Shown here piece after piece: positions 13,023-22,026 of a DNA stretch of 64,000 nucleotides. Positions within the stretch are counted from its first letter, which is position 1; every line of letters begins with the position of its first letter. Under the pieces are notes generated by a model. That model had not been told where the DNA came from. It did no database searches and was given only the letters and a program-made list of their open reading frames with translations. A program made the position numbers and the translations under genes. The stretch is from NCBI GenBank assembly GCA_963718615.1, contig OY970368.1, forward strand, positions 4,736,001 through 4,800,000. Reading direction: 5' to 3'. Source of the stretch: an uncultured cyanobacterium (lineage in GTDB: Bacteria; Cyanobacteriota; Cyanobacteriia; PCC-9006; JAAUQQ01).

Positions 13023-13634
13023 ATTCCCTAAACAGTCTAACGAATGCAGACTAATGCAGAAAAACCAAAACCTTTAAAAGCAGAAACACCAAGCCAGGGT
13101 TGAAACTAACCATTTCCCATAAATTTATCCAGTTAAAGTGGAGATTCAAATCAACGATTTCGGGTTAATACTGCGAAATCCTGATTAGTTTGCTCCCTCG
13201 GCACTATGGATGGGAAATCCGCCGTTTCGGGCTTGGTGCTACTGCGATCGAACGAGACAGAGTCAAAATCAACAGCGCGTTTACCTCTCTGAGTAGTAAC
13301 TGTTTACGAGCTTGGCTGTTGGTATCTGCCAGACGAGGTCTTTGCCTCATGTCATTACTATAGCGCGATCGCCCCCCTCCCCTTCCCTTCGACATGAAGC
13401 GTAAACTTCAATCCACTCCCTACTCTCTGCAATATTTTCTTTCTTTAACTATCGAAACTTGTTGGTTTAGTCCCTCAGCCTTTTGGCGGAGCCCTTCCGT
13501 CTTTTCGCTGAGCTTAATTCGGCTAAGTCGTGCAAACTTAGTTGGAATTCAAACGATACTTCATCAAAAACCTATTTTGTCCATATAAATGTCTTTTTCT
13601 TGTAAAGCCTCTTGAGCCGAATTACGGTTATGTT

Positions 13635-13928
13635 CTATGGTCATTTCAGTGACTTCACCGATCATTTGGGTTCATCCGCAGGAGACCCTAAGGGACGTTT
13701 TTCCCTTGGCTAAGTCGGTTTTTGCGATCGACAGCTCTATCCTTTCGGCTATGACAAGCTCCCGTTGTAGCCTGATTGATAGCGTCGGTGCGATCGCAGT
13801 TTGAGTTGGGGGTTTTGCATCTGCCGGATAACAGCTTCAAGCGAAGCATGAGTGATGTTCAGTGCTCCTCCGGTTATTTGCAAAAGCTATACATTGGGCC
13901 TTCTCCTGGGGGAGAGGGCTTTTTATTT
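13635..13928 (+). ncRNA. Candidate structured non-coding RNA of unknown family (~290 nt)
   Basis: Nested helices that use G-U pairs on the + strand; candidate promoter TTGTAA-N17-TACGGT (13600-13628); intrinsic terminator at the 3' end. Confidence 0.5.
13896..13928 (+). terminator. Intrinsic terminator on the + strand
   Basis: GGGCCTTCTCC-TGGG-GGAGAGGGCTT followed by TTTATTT. Confidence 0.7.
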
Positions 13929-13931
13929 GCT

Positions 13932-13971
13932 CCAGTCTGATGGTCCCAGTCTGATGGTCCCAGTCTGATGG
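13932..13971. repeat. Tandem 14-mer CCAGTCTGATGGTC (about 3 copies)
   Basis: Seen directly, just past the permease stop codon. Confidence 0.9.
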
Positions 13972-13979
13972 CTCTAGTC

Positions 13980-15044
13980 TTAGCTCCAATAGAAATTGAT
14001 CAACAGCGCCCCCAAAAATACGAGCTGACTAATCAGCACCACCATATAGAAAACAGGACGCGGCTTAAAGACCGATAGCAACAGTCCGACTGCTTTCAGG
14101 TCAATCATCGGCCCATAGATCAAAAAGGCCAGGAGGGAACCGCTGGTGAATGTCCCTGCAAAGGTCAGCACAAAAAAGGCATCTACCGTCGAACAAATCG
14201 AGACGATCGCCGCTAGCAGCATCATCGCCACAATCGAGAGCACCGGACCTTGGCCCAGGCCCAAAATCAGTTCACGGGGGGCAAAAACTTGGATGGAGGC
14301 GGCGATCGCACTCCCCAAGACCAAAATAGACCCCAACTCCCGTAGCTCCTGGATCGTATTGTCCAGAAATAAACTTAGGCGATCGCCCCAGTTTTTAGGC
14401 AGGGTCATCTCGGCGGCAATGACCGACTGATAGGCCAAGGCTTCAAACCGCTGAGCCGAGCTTGCATTGCCCTTGCCTCGACTACCCAGCATGAACGTTC
14501 CCGACTGGAGCAGTGTTGAACTGCCCCCTAAATTCAGGTCACTCGGGCCACCGGCCACAGCTAGGCGACGGCTCGGTTGGGGCTCCGGTAGGGCATTGGC
14601 CAGGGTGGGTTGCAGCAGGGGGCGGAGGTCACGCTGGACACTGAAAAGCCAGCCCAAGAGGGTGGCGATCACCAACGAGCCAAGCACCCGCAACACCACA
14701 ATTTCTGGCTGATCGCGAAAGGCGGTCCAGGTGGCCCAAATCACAATAGGATTCACCGTCGGTGCGGCAAACAAAAAGCCGATCGCCACCGCTGGCGGGG
14801 CACCTTGGATCAGCAGCCGCCTAGCCACGGGGATATTGCCACATTCACAGGCGGGGAATAAAAAACCAACTAAACTTCCCGTTAAGGCTCCGAGCAAGGG
14901 ATTTTTGGGGAACCAGCGCAGGAGCTTGTCCTCATCCACAAAAAACATTAGTGCACTGGAGAACAGCACACCAATGAGCAAAAACGGAAAGGCTTCCACC
15001 AGCAAGCTCATAAAGAGGGTGAAAGCACGGGTAAGTTGTGCCAT
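13980..15044 (-). CDS. Permease, UPF0718/DUF318 (YraQ/ArsP-like) family
   Basis: LVEAFPFLLIG, FPACECGNIPVARRL, SICSTVDAF, GPMIDLK. Confidence 0.9.
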   Translation of the reverse strand: MAQLTRAFTLFMSLLVEAFPFLLIGVLFSSALMFFVDEDKLLRWFPKNPLLGALTGSLVGFLFPACECGNIPVARRLLIQGAPPAVAIGFLFAAPTVNPIVIWATWTAFRDQPEIVVLRVLGSLVIATLLGWLFSVQRDLRPLLQPTLANALPEPQPSRRLAVAGGPSDLNLGGSSTLLQSGTFMLGSRGKGNASSAQRFEALAYQSVIAAEMTLPKNWGDRLSLFLDNTIQELRELGSILVLGSAIAASIQVFAPRELILGLGQGPVLSIVAMMLLAAIVSICSTVDAFFVLTFAGTFTSGSLLAFLIYGPMIDLKAVGLLLSVFKPRPVFYMVVLISQLVFLGALLINFYWS

Positions 15045-15087
15045 AAAAACGAACTGTTAGAGCCGAGACGCGGGCCTCAAAGATAAC

Positions 15088-16191
15088 CTAGAAGCCCATG
15101 GCTTTGGCGACAGCCCCCAGGTCAGATTCGAGACCCGTATGGAAATTAGCCTGATTATAGTCAATGGCCGTGGTCGGATCCTTGAGACCATTGCCCGTGA
15201 GGACGCAGACGATGGTGGATTCGGTAGGAACGCGATCGCGCAGTTTCATCAATCCGGCCACGGAAGCGGCACTGGCAGGCTCACAGAACACCCCTTCTTT
15301 GCTAGCCAACCAGCGATAGGCCTCAATGATTTCGGCATCGGTAACCGCATTAAATTCCCCACTACTTGCCTTGCGGGCCGCGTGGGCCTGGTCCCAGCTT
15401 GCAGGATTACCAATGCGAATGGCCGTTGCCAGCGTATCCGGATTTTGGACCGGACCACCGTGGATAAATGGCGCGGCTCCAGCGGCCTGGAACCCCATCA
15501 TCTGGGGCAATTTCTGGCTGCGGCCCTGCTGATGATATTCGCTGAACCCCATCCAGTAGGCAGTAATGTTACCTGCGTTGCCCACGGGAATACAGAGCCA
15601 GTCCGGGGCCTCGCCGAGGGTATCCATAATTTCAAAGGCCCCGGTTTTTTGACCTTGAATCCGGAAGGGATTGACCGAATTGACCAGCGTCACAGGATAT
15701 TGGTCCGCCACGGCGCGAACAATGTTGAGGGCATCGTCAAAGTTCCCCTTAATCGCCAAAACCTCAGCCCCATACATCAACGCCTGGGCGAGCTTGCCCT
15801 GGGCCACATAGCCGTCGGGAATTACCACGTAGGCTCGCATGCCCCCCCGGCAGGCATAGGCCGCAGCGGCGGCGGAGGTATTGCCCGTGCTAGCGCAGAT
15901 GACGGCTGTTGCTCCGGCTTCCTTGGCCTTTGTCACCGCCATAGTCATGCCCCGATCCTTGAAGCTGCCGGTGGGGTTGAGACCGTCATACTTGACATAA
16001 ACCTGAACCCCACGACCGATGTAGGCTGAAATCGTCGGCACCGGAATCAGCGGTGTGTTGCCTTCATGGAGCGTGACCACAGGCGTGGTGTCGGTCACAG
16101 GAAGATAGGAGCGATAGGCTTCGATCAGACCAGGCCAGCCCTGATAGGTTGACTGAGCTTGGGTGCCGGGGGTGGGGAGCGTTGCAGTCAC
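15088..16191 (-). CDS. thrC: Threonine synthase
   Basis: [16 protein letters not shown] (PLP lysine), [26 protein letters not shown]. Confidence 0.97.
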   Translation of the reverse strand: MTATLPTPGTQAQSTYQGWPGLIEAYRSYLPVTDTTPVVTLHEGNTPLIPVPTISAYIGRGVQVYVKYDGLNPTGSFKDRGMTMAVTKAKEAGATAVICASTGNTSAAAAAYACRGGMRAYVVIPDGYVAQGKLAQALMYGAEVLAIKGNFDDALNIVRAVADQYPVTLVNSVNPFRIQGQKTGAFEIMDTLGEAPDWLCIPVGNAGNITAYWMGFSEYHQQGRSQKLPQMMGFQAAGAAPFIHGGPVQNPDTLATAIRIGNPASWDQAHAARKASSGEFNAVTDAEIIEAYRWLASKEGVFCEPASAASVAGLMKLRDRVPTESTIVCVLTGNGLKDPTTAIDYNQANFHTGLESDLGAVAKAMGF

Positions 16192-16304
16192 GGGATAGGG
16201 ATAGAAGATACAGGGTTAATGCATCTTTCAGTTTAACCTGGCGGGTGTGAGGACAAGCGCAGTCCATGCGAGGAATCCAACGAGGCAAAACGAGGCAAAC
16301 AGAT

Positions 16305-17180
16305 ATGAATTCTGGGGCGATCGCCTACTTACTCATCACCCACGGCAGCCGCGATCCGCGCCCTCAGCAAGCGGTTCAGGCCCTAGCGCAAGCCTTGGCC
16401 CCCCTGCCCGTTGGGACTGCTGTCCTAGAACTGGGCGAGGCTCCGCTGCATCAGCAAATTCTGGCGTTTGTTGCCCAGGCTCAGCTTGGCTCGGGAGATA
16501 CCTTGAAACTGCTGCCGCTGTTTTTGTTACCGGGGGTGCATGTCATGGAGGACATCCCTGCCGAAGTGGCGATGGCGCGGCAAAGGATAGCGGGTTTGTT
16601 ACCCCAGGAACTCAAGTTGGCATGCCCGCTGGAACTCAAGTTGGAGATTTTGCCCTTTTTGGGGGAGAACCTGGAGGCCATGGCCCAGCTACTCCGGCAA
16701 AGTCAGCGTCGTCTGGCCAGACAAGCGAGTCACAAACAGCGTCCACCCGAGCCGCTGAGCGGCCCTTGGCAATGGCTCTTGGTGGCCCACGGTAGTCGCC
16801 GACCGGGAAGCCATCACCCTCTGGCAACCCTGGCGCGATCGCTCCCAGCCCCCGTAGCCTATTGGGCACAATCTCCTAATCTGGCGGAGCAGATGGATGG
16901 GCTGTGGCGATCGCGCCCAAACAAATCCTCCTCGCTTCCCAGGCCAATTCCCGTGGGCATTTTGCCCTACTTTTTATTTCCTGGGGGCATTACCGATGCC
17001 CTCGCTGACCAAATCCTGGCCCTGGCCCCCCAATATCCCCAATTCTCCTTGGTCCTCGGAGACCCCCTCGGCACTCAACCGGGGTTTGTCGACCTCGTGG
17101 CCCAGCGCCTTAGACCCGCTCCCCCGAGGATTGCGATCGCTGAGTCAGCAAATCAATCGTGTCCCCCAGGGCAATGCTGA
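16305..17180 (+). CDS. cbiX: Sirohydrochlorin chelatase (CbiX/SirB family, two domains)
   Basis: LITHGSRDP, LPLFLLPGVHVMEDIP; second domain LVAHGSRRP...PYFLFPGGITD; start uncertain. Confidence 0.85.
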   Translation: MNSGAIAYLLITHGSRDPRPQQAVQALAQALAPLPVGTAVLELGEAPLHQQILAFVAQAQLGSGDTLKLLPLFLLPGVHVMEDIPAEVAMARQRIAGLLPQELKLACPLELKLEILPFLGENLEAMAQLLRQSQRRLARQASHKQRPPEPLSGPWQWLLVAHGSRRPGSHHPLATLARSLPAPVAYWAQSPNLAEQMDGLWRSRPNKSSSLPRPIPVGILPYFLFPGGITDALADQILALAPQYPQFSLVLGDPLGTQPGFVDLVAQRLRPAPPRIAIAESANQSCPPGQC

Positions 17181-17574
17181 GGTTTTCGCGGGTATCTTGA
17201 TGGGCCTGGCGTTCTTCCTGGAGGGCTTGGCGCAGGCGATCGCGCTCCTGGAGCAGATTTCCCAGAAACTGTTTGAGCGCCTCAGGGGTAGTCAAGGGAC
17301 TGAGCATGTCAAGCAATTCCGCCTCTGTCTGTTCCTGTGTGGGCGTTGCGAGGCCCTGGGTCCCATAGGCTGCGTGGGCTTGGGCATCTTCGAGGGTTTC
17401 GATTTGCTGTTTGAGGAGCAGGCTTTCTCGCACCCGTAGCTGTCGCTCCGCTTCGTAGCGATCGCGCCAACTGGCGGACTCCCCGTAGGCATCATCGCGC
17501 TCCCGTTGCAGTTCGGCCATCTGGGCGCGAAGGGTTTTAATTTCGTCTAACCACTGGGTAATGTCTGAGCTCAT
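17110..17574 (-). CDS. Small coiled-coil hypothetical protein
   Basis: QWLDEIKTLRAQ...WRDRYEAE...EERQAHQDTRENLSIALGDTIDLL; start overlaps the M50 gene stop. Confidence 0.75.
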   Translation of the reverse strand: MSSDITQWLDEIKTLRAQMAELQRERDDAYGESASWRDRYEAERQLRVRESLLLKQQIETLEDAQAHAAYGTQGLATPTQEQTEAELLDMLSPLTTPEALKQFLGNLLQERDRLRQALQEERQAHQDTRENLSIALGDTIDLLTQRSQSSGERV

Positions 17575-19094
17575 AGGAAAAGATTGGCGAGCACTGGTGG
17601 CATGGGTAACACAATCAACAGCAGCAGTGCCAGGGTCAGTAGCCCCAACCCATCGCGAGCGTTATTGAGTTCGCTGACATCGTTGAGCGCAGGCTCGTCC
17701 ACTGCTGGAATAAAAAATAGCAAAATTGCCCAGACCAGCAGCTCTTTTTGCACAAAGGACAGCATCAAAACCAGTAGCCGAGCCACTTGACCAATGATTG
17801 CGCCGGTTTTTTGACCAAACATGGCGTGGACCATGTGGCCGCCGTCGAGCTGGCCAATGGGCATGAGATTGAGGGCGGTGACAATCAGTCCGAGGTAGCC
17901 GGCGATCGCCACTGGGTGCATGGCGATCGCCGCGTTCCAGGTCACATCACTCCCCAGCAGCCAACGGCTCAGGAGCATCAGCAAAATCGAAATTTGGGGA
18001 TTGAGAGCATCGAACTGGAGCAACCCCGCTTCTGTGTCTGCGGGGACCACCTGGGAATGGGCCAACCCCCAAAGTAAAAAGGGCACCGTCACCACCAAAC
18101 CGGCCAGCGGACCGGCAATCCCCACATCAAACAGAATTTTGCGGTTGGGCATGGGGGAGCGAATCTGAATAAACGCCCCAAAGGTCCCCAAGAAAGCGGG
18201 AATCGGGATGAAATAGGGCAACGAAGTCTTGAGTCGATAGCGACGCGCGGCCAGGAAATGACCCCCTTCATGAATGCCCAAAATGATCAGCAGCGGTAGG
18301 GCATAGGGCAATCCCTTCAACAGCAGGTCGGGCTGCTGGGTCAGCTCCGTCAGCGAGGTAATGGGAGATCCCACGAACCCCAACCCCACTAGCGTCGTCG
18401 TCAGCAGGGTCAGCCCCAGGAGTCCTAGGGCCAATCCATAGCGATAGGGTTGTGAATCCTCTGCCAGTTGACTTTCCAGACGTTTGGCCTGGGGATTGGG
18501 GACGAGGGCGAAAAAGGGCTTGCCGCTGAGGTCTTCTTGTAGAAGGAGGAGGAAGCGATCGCCAAAGGTGCGCTGAACATTTTGCTCGATAGCACCATAG
18601 GCTTGCTCAGGACTGGTTTTCAATTGCCCTTGGCAAATCACCGCCTGCAGTCGATATTCAATTTTGTTAAGGAAGTAGGTTGACCAAGAAAAACACTGGC
18701 GAAGCTGTGCCTCTTCCTCGGAATTGAGCGGAGGCTTGGGGGGCGTGATCTCCGGTCGTCGTTGGGGCAGCTCACCGCGCGATGTTTCCGTCTCTCTCGC
18801 ATTAACCGCAGGGAGAGGAGCCGCCGAGGATGTGTTTGGATCCTTGGGGGTTGGACGCCAGAGCGCCAGCAGGACCAAATAAATCAAGGGGCAAACCAAA
18901 AAGGGACCCAAGATCAGTAGAGGTGGAATTTGCTGCTCTCCCTGGTGAAACAGGCTCCACCCTGTCCAGATGAGGGCGGGCGTCATCATCACCAGCCAAA
19001 GCACCCAAATTCGACCCCCGACAAGCGATGGAACGCTGCGCTTCAAAATGATGTATGTCAGCCATCCCAAGACAGCTAGCCAGAACAGTGTCAT
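17571..19094 (-). CDS. Site-2 (M50) intramembrane metalloprotease
   Basis: HEGGH zinc motif, AGPLAG, NLMPIGQLDGGH. Confidence 0.93.
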   Translation of the reverse strand: MTLFWLAVLGWLTYIILKRSVPSLVGGRIWVLWLVMMTPALIWTGWSLFHQGEQQIPPLLILGPFLVCPLIYLVLLALWRPTPKDPNTSSAAPLPAVNARETETSRGELPQRRPEITPPKPPLNSEEEAQLRQCFSWSTYFLNKIEYRLQAVICQGQLKTSPEQAYGAIEQNVQRTFGDRFLLLLQEDLSGKPFFALVPNPQAKRLESQLAEDSQPYRYGLALGLLGLTLLTTTLVGLGFVGSPITSLTELTQQPDLLLKGLPYALPLLIILGIHEGGHFLAARRYRLKTSLPYFIPIPAFLGTFGAFIQIRSPMPNRKILFDVGIAGPLAGLVVTVPFLLWGLAHSQVVPADTEAGLLQFDALNPQISILLMLLSRWLLGSDVTWNAAIAMHPVAIAGYLGLIVTALNLMPIGQLDGGHMVHAMFGQKTGAIIGQVARLLVLMLSFVQKELLVWAILLFFIPAVDEPALNDVSELNNARDGLGLLTLALLLLIVLPMPPVLANLFL

Positions 19095-19217
19095 TCTTGA
19101 TAGGTTGAAATAATTGCTAAAGCGCTGTGCTTTTCTCCCATTGTCTCATTTTCAATCGGGAACAGGCATCTGCCATTAAGCCGTGTAACAAGTTCATCCT
19201 ATCCCTCGCTACCGGAT

Positions 19218-19922
19218 TTGCCCGTGCCTTTTGAGTCTCCTGATGATTTCACTCTTGCGATCGCCTCAGGCAAGCCGCCACAATTAGTATTCCCAGGCTT
19301 AATGGCATTTCCGCCGAATCGCGACACCCTCGGCGGTACAGCCTATGTGGTCGAGACCACCGCAGGTAACCTCTTAGTTGATAGTCCGCCCTGGACGGAG
19401 ACCACCCAAGCTCACCTCAAAGCCTGCGGCGTTCGCTGGTTTTTTTTGACGCAACGCAACGCTATGGCCCAGGTTAAGGCGATTCAGCAAGCCTTAGATT
19501 GCGAAGTCGTGGTGCAGGAGCAAGAAGCCTACCTACTCCCCCAGGTTACGGTGACGACCTTTGGCAGCGGCATCTCTCTCTCGGATGATTTGGAAGGCAT
19601 TTGGACCAGTGGCTATTCTCCCGGAGCGGCCTGTCTCTATTGGCGGAGTCCGGCAGGGGGCGTGCTGTTGAGCGGTCGGCATCTGCTGCCGACGGCCCAG
19701 GGCGACATCGGGCCGCTGCGGACGGCGAAGACGTTTCACTGGCCGCGCCAATTGAGGGCGGTGGGGGCGTTGCGCGATCGCTTCGCCCCAGAGACCCTAC
19801 GCTGGGTTTGCCCCGGTGCAAGCATCGGATTTTTACGGGGTCAATATGCGGTCGACCACGCCTATGAAAAACTCTTGGCCTTGGATCTCGAAGCTCTCAA
19901 AGGTCAGGAACCTGGTGTTTAG
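19218..19922 (+). CDS. Metallo-beta-lactamase-fold protein with degenerate metal motif
   Basis: AFPPNRDTLGGTAY, LLVDSP, WTSGYSPG, KTFHWPRQL; HxHxDH motif absent. Confidence 0.75.
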   Translation: MPVPFESPDDFTLAIASGKPPQLVFPGLMAFPPNRDTLGGTAYVVETTAGNLLVDSPPWTETTQAHLKACGVRWFFLTQRNAMAQVKAIQQALDCEVVVQEQEAYLLPQVTVTTFGSGISLSDDLEGIWTSGYSPGAACLYWRSPAGGVLLSGRHLLPTAQGDIGPLRTAKTFHWPRQLRAVGALRDRFAPETLRWVCPGASIGFLRGQYAVDHAYEKLLALDLEALKGQEPGV

Positions 19923-21409
19923 CGAGAGAGCAGCGGGGAGCTTGGCTCAACTTGGATGGATTGGGCGATCGCCTGCATTGAGACTTCGCTCAGCGACATA
20001 AATCCCTGGGGCATAATGCCCAAAAGTACAATCAGCAGTGACAAAGCCGCCGCTGGGACATATTCCCGCAGGGCGACGCCAGGTAGGTCAGAGAACGCTT
20101 CGGGCAGCCGACCAAAGAAGGCTCGGTTGACCAAAAGCAAAAAATAAACCGAAGTTAAACCCGTTCCCACAATGCACAGCAGGGTTTGTAAGGGAAAAAC
20201 CAAAAAACTACCCCGGAAAATGCTGAACTCGGCAACAAAGCCAATTAAACCGGGCAAACCGCTGCTGGCCATGACCCCCAAAATCATAAACGAGCCCACC
20301 AGGGGCAAACCTCGCTCTGGGGTGAGCAATCCCCGCAGAACCGATAGATCCCGCGTTCCGGTACGGCTATAGACAAAGCCCACCATCAAGAACAGCAGCG
20401 CTGAAATCAAGCCGTGGCTGACCATCTGGGCCACCGCCCCCACCAAACTCAAGGGCGTCGCCGCTGCCAAGGCCAGCAAAATATAGCCCATGTGGCCAAT
20501 CGAGCTATAGGCCACGAGCTTCTTCATGTCCTGCTGGACGATGGCATTGAGCGAGCCATAGAGCGTGCTCACCACCGCCAAAATCGCCAAAATTGGTGCA
20601 AAGACTTCCCAGGCCTGGGGCAACAGACCTAGCCCAAACCGCAACAAGCCATAGGTCCCGAGTTTGAGCAAAACCCCCGCCAGCAGCATAGAAACCGGTG
20701 TAGAGGCTTCGACGTGGGCATCGGGCAGCCAAGTGTGCAGCGGCACCATCGGAATCTTGATGCCAAACGCCACCACCAGGAGGCCCAGGAGAATCAACTG
20801 CTGCCCCAGAGTCAAGGCTTGGCCCAGGGACGAATCATAGGCAAAGGAGCCGGTGCCGCTGAGAGCAACAATTCCTAAAAAACCGAGGAGCAAAAAGATC
20901 CCAGAAACAGCGGTATAGATCAAAAACTTGGTGGCGGCGTAGCCTCGCCGCTTGCCGCCCCAAATGGCGATCAGCAAATAGAGCGGAATCAGTTCCACCT
21001 CGTAAAACAGGAAAAACAGGAGAAGATCCTGGGCGAGAAAAGCTCCGGTAACACCGCCGCTGATCAATAGCATCAAGCTGTAGTAGAGGCGGGTTCGGGG
21101 AAGGGCGCGATCGCTCGCATAAATCACCAACACCATCAGCAGTTGATTAAGCAGCACGAGGGGGAGGGATAACCCATCCACCCCCAAGCGATAGCCCAAC
21201 CCCAGGGCATCGAGCCAGGGTAACGTTTCGGTGAGCTGAAAGCCTGGATTGGACCAATCAAATTGCCAAAGCACGATCAACGCCAACCCCAAACCTAGCC
21301 CCGCTGTAATGCCAGCCCAAATCCGAGGCTGCTGAGAATCGGCGCGATCAGGCAAAAACGCAATCACTGCTGCCGCGATGATGGGAACCCAAACCAGGGC
21401 GCTGAGCAT
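19919..21409 (-). CDS. ndhD4: NDH-1 subunit 4 (NuoM/NdhD), CO2-uptake NdhD3/D4 type
   Basis: MLSALVWVP start, YEVELIPLYLLIAIWGG, PLHTWLPDAHVEAS, LLKLGTYGLLRFG; D4 rather than D3 is by resemblance only. Confidence 0.8.
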   Translation of the reverse strand: MLSALVWVPIIAAAVIAFLPDRADSQQPRIWAGITAGLGLGLALIVLWQFDWSNPGFQLTETLPWLDALGLGYRLGVDGLSLPLVLLNQLLMVLVIYASDRALPRTRLYYSLMLLISGGVTGAFLAQDLLLFFLFYEVELIPLYLLIAIWGGKRRGYAATKFLIYTAVSGIFLLLGFLGIVALSGTGSFAYDSSLGQALTLGQQLILLGLLVVAFGIKIPMVPLHTWLPDAHVEASTPVSMLLAGVLLKLGTYGLLRFGLGLLPQAWEVFAPILAILAVVSTLYGSLNAIVQQDMKKLVAYSSIGHMGYILLALAAATPLSLVGAVAQMVSHGLISALLFLMVGFVYSRTGTRDLSVLRGLLTPERGLPLVGSFMILGVMASSGLPGLIGFVAEFSIFRGSFLVFPLQTLLCIVGTGLTSVYFLLLVNRAFFGRLPEAFSDLPGVALREYVPAAALSLLIVLLGIMPQGFMSLSEVSMQAIAQSIQVEPSSPLLSR

Positions 21410-21570
21410 AATCCCTCCCTAAGGATTGCATTGGAAAAGGCGTTTATCCATCGACCCTACCGTGAAACGGGACCCAGCAAAACCCAAACCGCCATCCCCC
21501 AAGAGAATCTACCGCAAGATTCACCGCAAGATTCACCGAAAAATGGACAAATATCCCCACCCAACCCATG

Positions 21571-21592
21571 AAAAAGCCCTGCAATGCAGGGC
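21571..21592 (-). terminator. Intrinsic terminator of the hli gene
   Basis: Minus strand GCCCTGC-ATT-GCAGGGC-TTTTT. Confidence 0.75.
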
Positions 21593-21639
21593 CTATCAAA
21601 AATCTGTCTATTCCAAAAACTGTCGGTTAAGCCCAAAAA

Positions 21640-21783
21640 TTACATCAGGCCAAGCTGAGACAGAATACCTTGACCGGTCAGCAGTTCAGTCGCGAGACCG
21701 ATGATGAAGCCCAACATGGCGAGACGACCATTCCAAGTCTCAGCGAAGTTGGTGAAACCGAATTTAGTACCTTGACCTTCCAT
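21640..21783 (-). CDS. hliC: High-light-inducible protein (HLIP/SCP), 47 aa, missing from the ORF track
   Basis: Hand translation MEGQGTKFGFTNFAETWNGRLAMLGFIIGLATELLTGQGILSQLGLM*, with the ExxNGRxAMxG motif and an AGGAGG RBS. Confidence 0.93.
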   Translation of the reverse strand: MEGQGTKFGFTNFAETWNGRLAMLGFIIGLATELLTGQGILSQLGLM

Positions 21784-21824
21784 TGCAGTGTCCTCCTGTG
21801 GGAATGAACAAATGAGCGTCTTGC

Positions 21825-21842
21825 TTTGTAAATAAATGTAAC
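21825..21842 (-). promoter_or_regulatory. HLR1 element (RpaB-binding site) upstream of hli
   Basis: Minus strand GTTACATT-TA-TTTACAAA, an exact match to KTTACAWW-N2-KTTACAWW. Confidence 0.9.
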
Positions 21843-21972
21843 CTATCTGACGTCGACCTGCAATATAACTTTAGGGTGAGAAAACCGAACCTAAAACCTT
21901 GTCCTGTCAGGGCTTGAAGACTTTGGCAGGGGGATCGCTTCGTTTTAATGGCTGCAATGGAACAAAACTATG

Positions 21973-22001
21973 GTAGGGACAGGGCAATGCCCTGTCCCTA
22001 C
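21973..22001. repeat. REP-like GTAG...CTAC palindrome
   Basis: GTAGGGACAGGGCA-A-TGCCCTGTCCCTAC, a perfect 14-bp inverted repeat after the glgP stop. Confidence 0.8.
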
Positions 22002-22026
22002 GTTTTTGCAGCGATCGAGGGTGAGC

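Noticed and set aside
13394-13588. 64-aa + strand ORF
   Set aside because: No RBS or recognisable motif, and it overlaps hairpin and promoter-like DNA
15139-16029. 296-aa + strand ORF
   Set aside because: Antisense shadow of thrC
21426-21704. 92-aa + strand ORF with KIHR repeats
   Set aside because: Produced by a 12-bp tandem duplication and overlaps the real hli gene and its terminator on the other strand
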